This document shows positions 25,184-38,555 of a stretch of 64,000 bases of DNA, piece after piece. Each line of letters starts with the position of its first letter. Position 1 is the first letter of the stretch. This DNA is from Kondoa subrosea (lineage: Eukaryota). Made by a program: the position numbers and the translations under genes. The stretch is from assembly GCA_039545335.1 (NCBI GenBank), contig BCIN01000008.1, positions 248,001 to 312,000 on the forward strand. The letters run 5' to 3'. The notes under the pieces were generated by a model. The model had not been told where the DNA came from. It made no database searches and saw only the letters and a list, made by a program, of their open reading frames with translations.

Positions 25184-28100
25184 TCACTTCTTCTGATCAT
25201 CTTGCCTTGCTTGGATAAGGGAAGGTCGAATGATTTCCGTAAAGACAGATACCAGCTTAGGTATATGAACGAGTTTCGGCGGTTGAATTCCAGGTCTTTT
25301 CTTCGTTGGTCTTGTCTTATGTACAGTTTCTGCAGCAGGATCTTGCGAAGCATCAACGAATTCTTCGTCAGACGAATCAGCCAAATCTTGCTCTTCTTCA
25401 TCAGACTCTTCCGCTGCCAGATCATCCACATCTTTGCCCATTTTACCCAAATGCAAATTCTCCATGACTTCACTAACGAAAGCAGCATCTTCGTCCGTCT
25501 CTTTACCTTCACCATTCAACAACCTTCTTCTCATTCGTTCATGATGTGCTACTTTCAGTTGTCGATGGTATTCTACAACTGCATCCACTTCAGTCATGAC
25601 TTGCATTCTTTCTTCTCCAGCATGAGGTAAGAGAAATTCGAGAGAAACTGGTGAAGGGAAACCATCGCGGATGAGATTGACAAAGAGCTCAATCCATCGC
25701 ATCAAGTCATCGAATAGACCGCGACCTTTTGAATGTACTTGGTGGACGAAATGGTAGAACGCGTTCTGATGTCTTTCTACCAAATCAATGAAGGCTTGTA
25801 CTGTCTTTGATGGAGATCCATTCGTATCTGTTCGTATCTTATCAGGCCTGCATACGGCTGATGGTAGCTCGTTTTACCTTGTTCTGCAGCATCGACAGTC
25901 TTGATTAGATCATTGATGAATGCTTGCAAATCCGACAGTGACTCTGAGATGTTTGCAGCTTTGTATACTTGTGCAAGAGGTGAGTAGAAGATAGTCACAA
26001 TATCTTTGAGCACTTCTGAAGTGCTGCCCTATCAAGTCAAAGCTCGGTTTAGCACAGACAATGTGTAAAGCCGAGCTATTGACTGACCTCGAATATCAAT
26101 TCGATCATCTGACTCTTGTCCCTCGCTCTTGTAGCCAACCGAAGGTAAACATGCAAATCTTCAAACAACCAAGCTTCATCGTTATCTGGACCTTCGTCAT
26201 CGTCTGGATTGGCCAACTTTGCTCTATTTCGCAGGTATTTCGAGTAAGCAGCATTACATCTTGCGACTTTGGCCATCTGCGTAGGTGAAAGTCGAGGTTC
26301 GCCAGCTCGTAAAATACTTGCTATCAGATCGATATTGTCCGCAACTGTGGAGGCCCGAGATTGAGCACAACATATCATGCATGTAATACATCTCAGACTC
26401 ACCTGCTTCTGCTTTGTAGTATTCCTGAGCATCTCTTGAAGCATTGACATAATCATCAACCTTCTTCACCATGACAGGATCATCAATTTTCTCGGCGACC
26501 AATCTCATATCCTCTTTGATTTCTTTTACTTCATCATTCAATCCACTGGTGAAGATACGTTGAAGTAAGCTTGATTGACCAAAGGGACGAGCGAGGAAAA
26601 GGTCGAGGAAAGATCGGATCATTGCTATTGGGTTGGAAATCTTGAGAATACCGCGCATAACGAAATAAGGCATCATTCCGTGAATACGTTTAAGTTGTTG
26701 AAAATTGGCTGAAGAATTGTCGGAGCCTGCGAAGATTTGATAAATCGTCGAGGCGAGTCTGATATGAACAGCAGATGAGCCAATCTTCGATACGCAAAGC
26801 TGATGCTCACGATATTCGCGCCCATTCCATGACTTTACGATACTCAATAGGCAGATCTTGGACGTTCTCAGTTTCTCGAATGATAGCAAACACTTTTCTT
26901 AAGCCATCTGTCCGCAGAAGGTTTTGAGCACCCAAAGATGCAAAATCACCATCTGGACGAACCTTTCTGAACCAATTGAGCTTTGAATGTCCGCAAATGC
27001 ATGTCTAATTCCCCAACTCTCGCTTCAACTTCGTCTCTGAACTTCTGTGCTTCGACTTCTCTAGTTCTGTCCATCTCTTCTCTTACTTCTACGTCTTTCT
27101 TTTCTTGACTTGTAAGGGTAGTAGGTTCATCCAACAAGAACTGTCGAAGTAGATCTGAAGAAGCAGTAGTAGGATTTGAGAGCAAATGACGCAAGTATGC
27201 TCGCAGAGTCAAGCGATTTCGTTCACGAGACAGAGTAACAGGTGTCTCTTCGTCCAAGGAGTAAACGGAATCTGCATCTGAATTACCAGGATCGTAAGCT
27301 GAGGAAGAATGAACTCTAGTATGAGCAGGTGAAACAGTCGGTTTCGCATCGGTCGCTCGACGATCTTTGGCTGGAGGTGGTCGAATGTCTTCTTCTGGGT
27401 TGTCTTTTCGTAGCTATTACAAAAGTAAGAGATAAGCTGCATGGTATAGAGTATAGCATACCTGTTCTGCGAGTCTGTAGAAGTCTTTGTACCGCCTAGA
27501 TACAAGCACATCTTCCTGTCCTGCTCTTCGTGTTCGGATGATGAACTCTTCTCGCGATGAATTACGAATCCTTCCTTTCACTACTATATTCCTCACAGTC
27601 ACTACATTGACCTGAAATTCTTTTTCGCTTTCTTTCTCCCTCTGAGCAGAAGAGACAGGAGGAGGTGGCAAGTCTTTGTTAGAACTCGTTGTTCGTATGG
27701 TGTTGCTTCCAGAAGAATTGGTAATGCGGACCACATCTTCTTGACCTTTGTTGTCGGTCAAGCGAATAGCGGAACTCATAATCAGGGAAAGATGTTTTTC
27801 GAATTTGCCAGTCAACTTCCTTCGCTTGGTCTCGTCTTCTCTATCATCACTCGTAGAAATGTTCCGGGAGAGGAAAGAATGCACGAAAGGTTGTAGTTTC
27901 TCTCGATAGAAATCCGCTTTAGCATTTGCGAGCAAAGGGAAGGAGAGAATGAAGTGATGCAAGATGAATCTAGTGAAGGGCAGGTCTACATCTTCTGCTC
28001 GACGAAGAGGAGCACCTGATGATACGTTCTGGCCTGGTTTGGAAGGAGCGAAAGGAGGACCTAATACAGCCAATGCATCTGGTTTGGATAGCTCGTTGAG

Positions 28101-28377
28101 TTCTTCGGTGAGTCTTAACGTGACCAGTTCGCGTTTGAGGTAGTGTGCTGGTCCAACTTAGTTCAAGACGAGTAATCAACGAGCTTGACAACTAACCTCG
28201 CAAAGGTGTCAAGGCATTCTTGTCTGAGATGGTCAGCGGTCTGATGTCTGAGTCTAAGGGGTTGCTTTCTTCTTCAAACGGACTTGCGTAGGGAACAGCA
28301 GCTGCTTGGTAAGGCAGATCCAATCTTAGAGAGCTCGAACGAGAAGAGGTTCGGAACGGAGCAGGGCGGCCTGACAT
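25184..28377 (-). CDS. PX-associated/PX/DUF3818 protein (Lec1/YPR097W-like)
   Basis: LTPLRAHYLKREL, VSRRYKDFYRL, RERNRLTLRAYLR, SFLDLFLARPFGQSSLLQR, RHQNAFYHFVHQVH. Confidence 0.85.
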
Positions 28378-28628
28378 TTAGGCAGACTGGTATCTCAGTG
28401 CAAGGCCGTATCTCAGACGGACCAGGTATCTATTTGCGTTTTGGTTTGGGTGTAAGCCTGCGAAGCTTCCAAAGTGACGAAATTGGGTGTTGCCTTCGCA
28501 CGGCGAACATGTATGCTAAGATGTGCCAGTCAGCATTATGTTCTCTTGCTTGTTACAACCCTGCGCGTTGCGAGCTGTGATTGTACGCACTCCCTACCGC
28601 ACGAAAGCGATTTGCATTTCATGTACAA

Positions 28629-29198
28629 AACGTGTTTTCTTCCTTTCTTCTCGCTCTGAACGTGCTTCTTTGCATGCTATATATGCTTCCTCATCCAGAC
28701 TGCTGCTTGTGTTTCTGTCATTTCATGTCGGTTTTGGGTCGACCGCCAAAACTGTCGAGACTTTTGATTCAAGCAACTCTTTGCTGGCTGCTGCAGCGAC
28801 GCGCGTTTGTGAACCTTTTTCCTCAATCTAGCACGCTTTCTATGGATATTGTCGCTCTTGGGTCTTGAAATGACATTTTTCGTTTACACAACTTTATCAC
28901 GACGATACACTGCAGACGCTGTAGACGAATCGGTACAAGTCATGACCTACTAGTTCTCTATTGTGCACTTGCTATCACATCACGTTTTGCTTCATGCCGA
29001 ATTTCAGGGCTTGTTTCGGGCATACTCAATTCCCGAACTTTGCTATATTTGTACAGTGGGCCTGATAGTTAGTGGAGATTCAGATGCTCCGCAGGCGTTT
29101 CTCGATCTCCCTCTTTCTGCTCCCCGCCAACGTGTGCTGTACTTTTAGTAGTAGTACTCCATCTACTGCTTATTTCTATCCACTCATTCAATCACGTT
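28629..29198. promoter_or_regulatory. Cluster of five CACGTT/AACGTG (Pho4-type bHLH) boxes upstream of the GIT1-like gene
   Basis: AACGTG at 28629, 28659 and 29129; CACGTT at 28981 and 29193. Confidence 0.45.
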
Positions 29199-29277
29199 CT
29201 CGAGCTCCAGCAAAGAACTTTTCAATTTTCCCGTCCAACTCAACCTTCACTCCGCTTCCTAATCAAGAATCAGCAAC

Positions 29278-31722
29278 ATGACTACCCCTCGAAGCAAATG
29301 GGGCAAGATGGCAACAGTCTGGGCTTGTGGTGCTGCCTTGTTCTCAGATGGTTATGTTAACGCCAACGGAGGTTAGCGTCTCCACTCGAACTCTCTTGCA
29401 TCTCTCATTGTTAGTGCAGGAGCGTCCCGTTATGTGATCAAGAAAGCATATCCTGGCTCATACACAGCTTACTATGGCACACTGTTCTCTTCGCTCGTCT
29501 TTGTGGGTGTCATAATAGGACAAGTCTCTTTCGGTATTCTATGTGATCGAGTGGGACGCAAACCGGGAATGAGCAAGTTCCGATTTTGATTACTCAGCTG
29601 ACATTCACTAACTAAACATTACCTCTAGTCTTCGCTTCCGTCTGGTTGGCTCTCTTTTCTCTCATTTCTGCGCTCGCATACGGAGGTGACAATCCCGACA
29701 CATTGTACGTTTCGATCTTTGAGTGGACTGACATGAACAACACATTGACGTGTGTAACGTGATAGATGGAAATGCTTGATCGCCTACCGCTTTTTACTTG
29801 GTATCGGAATTGGAGCAGAATATCCATCTGGATGTGAGTAAATTGTACTTTCAACATTTCGAGCGCTGAAGAATAGCTACCGTTAGCCGTTGCTGCATCT
29901 GAGAATACCGAAGACAAGTGAGTTATCTAGCTGTTTACCAGCTCTGAAACTCTGCTAATATCTCAAAATTAAATAGCGGAGTGCCCAAAAAGCATCAACA
30001 GAAGCTACTGGTCGGCGCTACCAATTCTATGATCGATCTTGGATTTGTGGTCGCGTATTGTTTGCAACCTTTCTCAGCAGCCAGGACATTCGCTGATATT
30101 TATGCTTTTTGACTGCTACAGTGTATGCCCAAAGCCTTTTCAATAGTCACAATCTTCACTCATGCTTCTTAATTGCCATAGGGTGCCTTACTTCTGCCTT
30201 ATGATCTTTGGTGAAGGTCGCTTGGAATGGGTCTGGCGTCTTACCCTTGGTTTCGGTTTGATTGTGCCAATGCTAGTCTTGCCTTTCCGAATTGCTATGC
30301 GCGAACCAGCTCTATACCGCAATGGATCTATGCAACAATTGAAATTCATGGAACTGCCTTGGGCGTTAGTTGCTCAGCCGTTTTGCTTTCGCGCCGAAGC
30401 TGATTTTGGATGTGTCTTAAGTCTGACGTTCAAGAAATACTGGCCAAGACTTCTCGGAGTGTGCGCTGCTTGGTTTGTGTACGACGTAAGTTTAGATGTG
30501 ATGTTCTGGTGCATTGGAACTGATCAGTGGCACTCAGTGGGTCGCATACCCAGCTGGTATCTATTCGAGCAACATCGTCGACGCCATCATCCCTGAAGGC
30601 ACTATGTTGCAAGTTTTGGGTTGGGATGCCGTTATCAACGCTTTCTATCTCCCCGGTACTCTTGTCGGCTTGTTCTTCGTAGGTTCAAACAAGATCATGG
30701 CATTTGCTTGATGAACTGAATACTTTTGTATTAGGTTGATTGGCTCGGTCCCAAATATTGCATGATTGTCGGATTTGTTTGCCAAGCTATCATCGGTTTC
30801 GCCATGTCTGCAAGCTACGAGACTCTGCAAAAGAACATTGCTGGCTTCGCTGTTGTGTACGGAATCTATCTTTCGTTTGGCGGTAAGTTCTTCCGCCCCT
30901 TGTTGTCTGTCTGTTACTTATTATGCCTGTTAGAATTTGGACCTGGTAGGTCTACAAATCACGAGAGCCGCTGAATACTGATCATTGTAATGAAGGAAAC
31001 AATTTGGGAGTCCGTAAGTGCTCCTCAACAATCCGTTTCGATGGAGCTTACGCTTTTCTTGTTCAGTTGCTGCGAAGGCCACTGGTCCATCAGCCGTCCG
31101 TGGTATCTTCTACTCGATCGCTGCTGCAATTGGAAAAGTTGGAGTGAGTTTGACACCTCAGTGCAGTTGTATAGCATACTCACAATCCTTTATAGGCCTT
31201 CGCTGGTAGTTATCTCTTCGTATGTTGTTGCGTCCGACCTCTTTTTTTTCGTGGGCTGATTTGTTTCAGACCGATATTATTACTACTTTCGGTGGTGCGG
31301 GAACCAAGAAAGGAGACACCGGACCTGTATACATCGGGTCAGGTTTGGCTTGTGAGTTTGTGCACGCTCCATTCTACAACCAGTCTGATCAACGACCTAT
31401 GTGATAGTGGTCGCTGCTGTCATTACATACTTTATGAGTACGCTCAAGTCTTGCTCTCCGTTCTCGTTTATTGACATCATCTTCAGTTCCAAACATCAAA
31501 ATCGATCACATGACTGATGAAGATGAGATCTACCGTGAGTCTGCTGTGTTGCCCAAACATTGATCTTGCTTACGTCTCGGAACAGGTCAATACCTGGAGC
31601 AAAACGGCTTCGATACTACTCGTATGGGCGCTATCGCGGCTAAGAAGACCGATGCCGAAAGCCTGGATGACAAGCCCAGTCTTGGTCGCTCGGACAGTGA
31701 CGAGAAGGTGACTCATATCTGA
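29278..31722 (+). CDS. GIT1: MFS glycerophosphodiester/glycerophosphoinositol permease (Git1-like); highly fragmented by introns
   Basis: [82 protein letters not shown]. Confidence 0.85.
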
Positions 31723-32453
31723 GCAGAGACATCTTTGGATCCAGATGTCGAAGAAGGGTTTTTTTCTGGGACAAGGGTTTCTTACAGATGTAATATATCA
31801 CATGAGCAGATCTGTGCATAGCAAATGCAATAATTTGGGCTATTGCGATCCGGCTAAATTTCGCGTCTCTACTTTGACAGAAATTCTGGGACGCCTCTCT
31901 TCCCTCAACCATTGCAAATTGCATGATAGACCCATCTAATAGAAGCCCTAGCTGTGATTCCCTCAGCAGCCTGTAAGCGCTGGGCTGCTCGTCACTCTCC
32001 ATCAGCACGTTTCTGATGTTGTATCTTTTTTTTCTTTTCAAAATGCGTTTAGAGTATCAAATCTGGCCAACTACCACGGTTGCTTAATCGGAGTCGAAGC
32101 TCAGGACGACGACTTTGGCTAATTGGCCTTTCGCTTTATCCCTTTCAAGGCTGGGCAAGGTTTTACAAGATATTCAAGCAGTGTCCTGCTTCGCTCGGCT
32201 TCCAGCATCTGGCGCTCTGCTCTTCGCTCTGGCTTGAACGTACTTCAAAGCAAATGAGCATTGGCCTATTTCCTGGATCTGTAGAAGTTTAGCATCGACC
32301 TTCGTTTCATTGTGTTGTCATCGCCTATTCAAGTGTCAAAAGCCGGGTGTATCATTTCTGAACTGCTCAAATCAAATTGCAGTGCTCTCAAGAACGCTCA
32401 AATAAGCTTGGCCCCACACAGACCATCTTCCCACCCGGATTACATGCAACAAG

Positions 32454-34737
32454 ATGGTCGCTATTCTTCCATCTCTCCCTCATCTTTCTCTTACTCCTCG
32501 CAGCGGTTCGCCAGCTCCAACACCGCCAGCAACTGCATACAGTACTGCTCCAGCTGATCTCATCAATGATGCAGCTTCTCTGGCAAATATCAAAACACCC
32601 TCAGTCGCGACCAACGGTTTAAGTGGTTTGGCCAAACGGTCGCTTTCCGCTACTGGACTTTCTCGCAGGCCTTCTGGCGATGCTACCGCTCGGTCCAAGT
32701 CTCTTGCGCCATTGACCAAAGCCGCAAATGGTCATACAGAAGCGGACACTACAGCCTCTGGCACAGCAAGAAATTTGCGATCTCTATTGGCTTCTCGCAG
32801 CAACACACCTGTCAACACACCACCGCCTTCAGTACCTTCCACTCCTGGTCTTCCTTCGGCACCAATTCCAGCAGCGACACTTTCTTCTCAACTCGAAGCC
32901 AGCTATGTTAGTAAAATCTCATTGCGCCTTGGTGAAGCAGTAAATAAGGTCTTTCCCGCTGCCTTGCCGCTCGACTATCATCAAGCGATTGTATGGAAAG
33001 GTCGCTGCTCACCCAGACCGGACAGAGCAAAGGAATTAGGCGACCTTATCTTGTTGTAAGTTTTCCCCGTGGATTTTGACACGATTTGAAGCTGAGGCAT
33101 GCCACACAGTGAAAGTCAACACTCAGCACATGACGTCTATATACTTCGAACTCTGATTCGATCAGCTGTCCTACGCACTCTTACCATCTTCCTCTCTCGA
33201 ATCGAAGCATTGGTTCTAACTCCCGCAACAGAAGCAGCAGCAGCAATCTTGTTCGTTCCCAAGGTCCCAACAGACCTAATGGGTACTGTTCAGCCAGCAG
33301 CGCAACGCTTCAATTTCGAAATCGTTCGAGCTGTCTACGAAATTCGCAATGCACTCAATCTCACTTGTACTTCTTCCGCACCAGCTATGCCCTCTTTTGT
33401 TCAAGATGCCCTCTTACCTTGGATCACAAAGTGTGATGGACTGATTGGTCGGATCATGACACCTGTTGTCCTGGAAATCAAGAAGTCGATTGCCGTCACT
33501 GTCTCTAAGGCAAGAGATGCAGTCCGACGAACCAATTCTGGCCATACTCTGACATCACAACCATCGACACCTGCTCAACCTGGTCCTCTATACTTGAAAG
33601 AGTTGGCAAGTCAGTTGGAAACGGCAAAGAAGCTGTTCGAGGAAGTGTTGCGATGTGGGAAAGAATCAGACAAATGGATCGTCAGCGTCGCAACTCACAT
33701 TACGTGGAAAGGCATGCTGGCTTTCTCAGCTCGACCATGCCCTGTTCCAGATTCTGATCATCCTCCCGTTCGACCTGCTCCTCCTCACAAGAAATCAAGC
33801 CTTATGCCTACTACTTCTCGTTCCAAGCTTTCTCTTCGAAACGGCAGAAGATCTCCTTCACCTCCACCGATAGTAGCGCCGTCTACTCCTGAAGATGTGG
33901 CCGCTAGCAAGCTTGTTGATGAAGTAGCGGCATTCAGACAACTCATCGCTCACTTCGCCAATCATATCTTACCTGCAGAAGCTATTGAATCAGCAGCCAT
34001 CAAGACTGAAAAAGTCAAGAATGCTCGAACTATCGAAGAACTTTGTGAAGCGTTTGCTCTTCTCCCAGAATTGGAACCAGCAGCAGAAGGAGAAGAAGAA
34101 GATTTAGCAGAAGAAGCTATGCATGAAGCTTTGTTGGCGTTGAGTTCCTTCGAATTGGTTCTGAGAGCGTTGAAATGGCCAGCTGAATTAAAGAATGCTT
34201 TCATTTGGGATGATCAAGAAGACTCATCATCTTCCTCAGAGGAAGATGATGCTTCTTTACCAAGAATGACTCCATCTGCTATTTTCGGTTTGGTTGGACC
34301 TCATTCGCCTGCTACACATGTAGCTGCTAGACAAAGAGCAGCATCTACGAAAACTATTATCAAAGCCGCTCTACTCAAAGAACCTTGCGCTGATTTAGAC
34401 AGAGCTTTGGATACGCAACCACCTCTGATTACGTTCCATCTGCTCGCTTCAAGATTACCAGCTGGAAGATGTCATTCCTTCCGTTTACCTCATGAAGTTT
34501 GGGGATTGGCTGGTGGTTGGCAAGAATACGAAGCGCAGTTGAAAGGCTTTGCAATGGGTGAAGAATGGCATGAAGAAGTAGGATGGCAGATGACTGCTGA
34601 ATTGGATAGGTTGAAGAAGGATGTTGCGGCACCTGAAGGAGAATGGGAAGAATTACTTAGGTGAGTCTGCGCATATTGAAAGTATACAAAGATGTCTGAT
34701 GTGGATCCTTAGATTGGCAATCAAGGCTGAAACTTGA
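32454..34737 (+). CDS. Hypothetical protein of ~730 aa, three exons
   Basis: ORFs of 201 and 521 aa joined by a GT-AG intron (~33056-33108); short terminal exon LAIKAET*. No family recognised. Confidence 0.75.
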
Positions 34738-35010
34738 ATACATGGCAGCATAATATTTAGACATGGAAGTAAAGGAGGAGGAGAAAAAAGATCTGTTAGC
34801 GTTAGTACTTGCATTTGTACACACGTCCTATTAGTTCAAGCTTGCAAAATCACTCCCAAGTTGGAGCACAACCAATTTCGTTTGACTTCTATTCTTTGGG
34901 CTGCTCAGAGCTGCTGGACATAAGAGTGCCCCTGCTTGTTCCCTAGACAACCGACATTACTGTTCTCCAGGTAGCAGAGTCGACAAGTCTTATTCTGACC
35001 CGCTTCCCCA

Positions 35011-37014
35011 ATGACGCTCGCTTTATTGATCGCTTTCTGCACTGCTGTGTTTGCGTATGTTTATACAAGATATGGCACTAGCTCTTCCCCTATTCCTCGT
35101 ATTGGATCAGCAGGTCCATTTGGATATTTGCGACAAGCTCTGCGCTTCGTAATGTCGGCGGAGGCTTGTATTCAGGAAGGCATTGAGCAGTTTCAAGGAC
35201 ATCCCTTCATTATTCCTGTTTGCCTTGCTGTCTAGTCCCGCTCTCTTTTTGCTCATAGTAATCGCATGACAGACGATTGGTGGAAAGCTGTACATTATCT
35301 CCCCCAAGAACTATGAAGCGCTCAAGTCAAGTGACGATTCTGTTTTGAATCAGCCTATTCAGGTCAATGAGGTGCTGCAGCTTGATCATGTAGGTTTTTA
35401 GTAAGCCAACATTCTGCACTTGCTTACGATTCAGACTTTCGCAGACCATGAATCCAGATCAGCAAGGCAACCCTTTCCAAGCAGCAGTAGTACGAACAGA
35501 TGTTACGCGAGGCATTGCTGGGTTTATCAGTCCCCTATTAGACGAGACTGTTCTAGCTCTCACGGAAGCTCTAGCTCCTGACGAAGGTGCTTGTAAGTCT
35601 GATCACGATCTTCACAAATATGGTCTGAAGGTATTTCTGCAGCATCAAAGAGCATACCTGTCTTCCATAATTTTACACATCTCGTCGCAAGGATTTCTGG
35701 TCGGGTCATGACTGGAAAAGAGCTTTGCAGAAACAAGGAATACGAACATGCGATCGTTTCATTTGCAGAAGCAATTGTGCCTAAAGCTCAGTTGCTCAAT
35801 TGGACTGCTGCTCGTCTTCGTCCGTAAGTTCTATACTTGGTCGATTGTCAGAAGCTGGTCTTAGTCCATCGAATAGAATCCTGAGTAAGATCCTGGATCG
35901 AGTCATCGGAGGACCTGACAAATGTATATCTCTGTTGGTGCCATATCTGGAGAAAAGAGTGCCGGCAATCTTGTCAGAAGCTGCTGAACCGGTGAGTCTT
36001 ATTCCGTTTCAAAGTATATGTCTTATCTACCTTGGCAGACGCTTATCGGCGATAGTCTGATCATGCGAGCACCTCAAAGCGAGATCAATAATTTGCCTCG
36101 TCTCGCTATGCGTTACATGAGTCAGTTTTGACTTCACCCTGAAAAGCGTAATCTGATCAGTCTGATTCTGTTTGTTTGGGAATCAGACTTATCATTCGGT
36201 TCAATTCACACGACATCAATCAACATCACACATGCTCTCTATCACCTTGCTGTCATGTCACCAGAAGAGATCAACGAGTTTCGTAGGGAGATAACGGAAG
36301 CAATTGAGAGTGATGGCTGGACGAAATCTGGTTTAGCAAAGTTCAGGCGAATCGATAGTTTGTTAAGAGAAGTTGGTCGTTTTTATGGTTTGGGTCATTG
36401 TGGGTTCTTGAGTACTTATCGCTTGCCTAGCTCACGCAAAGGCAGTATTGATGGCTCGACTACTCGTGAAAGATGCTGTTCTTGAAGATGGTTCGCGGTT
36501 ACCAAAGGGAGCTTTAGTTGCTCTTGCTAGTACTCAAGTCCATTTCAACCCCGCCGTTTATGAAAATCCATACACCTTTCAGCATGATCGATTCATCAAA
36601 ATGCGAGAAAAGCAGGGATCGGATCTCAAGTATGGCTTCACGACTCAAGATCCTGATTTTTTACTGTTTGGAGCTGGTCGTCATGCGTGAGTAGCTTTCA
36701 TTCACGACATAGTACACTTGTTGATGTCACTTTCAGATGTCCCGGAAGGTAGAACGATCAATATTTCCATCTGGAAGCTTGTGTTGATGCCACTGTCCAG
36801 GTTCTTCGCTTCTGCTGAATTACGAATCATGCTAGCATTCATTCTTCTGAAGTACAATCTTTCGCTCGCCAACGAATCAACACAAGTTCCACCTCCACTC
36901 AAACTCAATGGCGCAGTGATCCCTGACGCGAAAGCTCAAGTTACTTTCACTCCTCGTTCGCTAGAGAAAGCAGCTGGAATGGATTTGTTTTCAGGCTTCG
37001 GTGAAATCTTGTAA
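35011..37014 (+). CDS. Cytochrome P450 (CYP512/ent-kaurene-oxidase-like clan)
   Basis: N-terminal anchor, I-helix SFGSIHTTS, EVGR (ExxR), FQHDRF, heme motif FGAGRHA|CPG|RFFA. Confidence 0.9.
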
Positions 37015-37041
37015 TTGTCTCAGTCTAAAGGTTTTTATATA

Positions 37042-38555
37042 CTAAGCATATATGCATTCATTACGTTCTCCTCGATCGTCTCTAATTGTACATTCGCAAA
37101 AGATTGACCTCGATCACCAGATTTTCTCACCTTGAAGCGGGGAAATGGACACGTGGTGAAGTAGAGGTGCTTGCCATTTGTGCTGTATATAACGGCAACT
37201 GGTTTTCTCGTACTGCCAGCAATCAGATCAGCGACTGACTAAAGCAAAGTAGTAGCAAAAGCTAAGACTCACGAGGTGCGCTAATGTTGAAAACCTTCCT
37301 ATCTTTCCGTGCTGAAGAAGTGGTAGAAGAAGCTGTACTTTCTTCTAGATCGGGATGATAAGGTTCTTGAGCAGCAGCTGGTGATCTCGAGAAACGCTTG
37401 AACAAGGAATGAGTTTTTCCGACTGGAGAATTGGCATCTGGTAAAAGAGCTCTTGTTTGACGTAAAGAAGTGCGGAAAAGAATGCCCTAATATTGATGTT
37501 AGTGATCGTGTACCAGAACAAAGAAGAGTTAGACTGACGAGAATGATATTTAGTAAACCTATGACAAAGACCATCCAAGCAGCAATAGCTGGAAAGCTTT
37601 GCACTCTATATGGCGATATCAGTATCGGCCTTGCAGTGCAAGCCATGTGAACGTACTGATGCGAGAGTACACCGGCAGAGATCCAAACTTGGAACACACC
37701 GAGCCAACCAAGTCCATGATTTCTACCAAGAGGCTAGCAAACAAATCACATCAGTCAAATTCGGGCCTATCAATCTGGATATAGTCGACGTACTGGAAAG
37801 AACGTAGTATAGAAATCGCTCAACCAAGGGAAAGCCACTTCACTTCCGATCAGGAACAATAGAACAAGCAGATTGAGCCAGATGTAAAGGCAGGTGAACA
37901 GTATTCCGCCAGTTTGGATCGGTACTGATGTATTTGGGTAATAATCGCAATCTTCTAGGACTACTCCATCGTCATCTTGTTCTCGAGCGGTTGTTGTGGC
38001 AGCGAGGATCTGAGGTGCTGGAGTTGCACGAACGGCTAATCGAGCAAAAGTTGCGGTTGCTGCTTCGAGTGCCGAAGCTTTAGAAGCTGCTGCTAGAGTC
38101 GCTGCTGCTAATTCGCCAGATTGTGGTTGAACGAGTGTAGATGCTATTGAGAATCAATCAGAATGTCATCCGTCGAGGATATATAGAGGCTAAGCTTACC
38201 TGCTGAAAGTACGACGGGTGTAGCTGTATCTGTGGACCTGCTTGATGCAGTGCGAATGAAAGTAGTGGAAGAGCTCGAAGATCCGTTTTGGATGACCGAG
38301 ACTTGATTCCGTTTGCTGTAACCTTGTATATTGCTATAGGAACCGTTTAAATATGTTGAGAAGCTGTACTAATTTGCTCACTGAACCATTGACAGAATCT
38401 GAACGACAATGTGTCAGCTGCTGATACATCAATAAAGCAGAAGTCCAACTTACTTCGCCGACAAATAGCAAGATCATTGCAATAACCCCTACTACACGAA
38501 CAGCGTTGGCCAGTAGAAACAGCAGTGAGTTCTTCTTGAAGAGTGCAAGTAACAT
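37042..38555 (-). CDS. Fungal multi-pass membrane protein, function unknown; 3' end uncertain
   Basis: Spliced: LANAVRVVGVIAMILL, CDYYPNTSVPIQTGGILF, GMFQVWISAGVLSH, AWMVFVIGLLNIIL. Confidence 0.6.
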
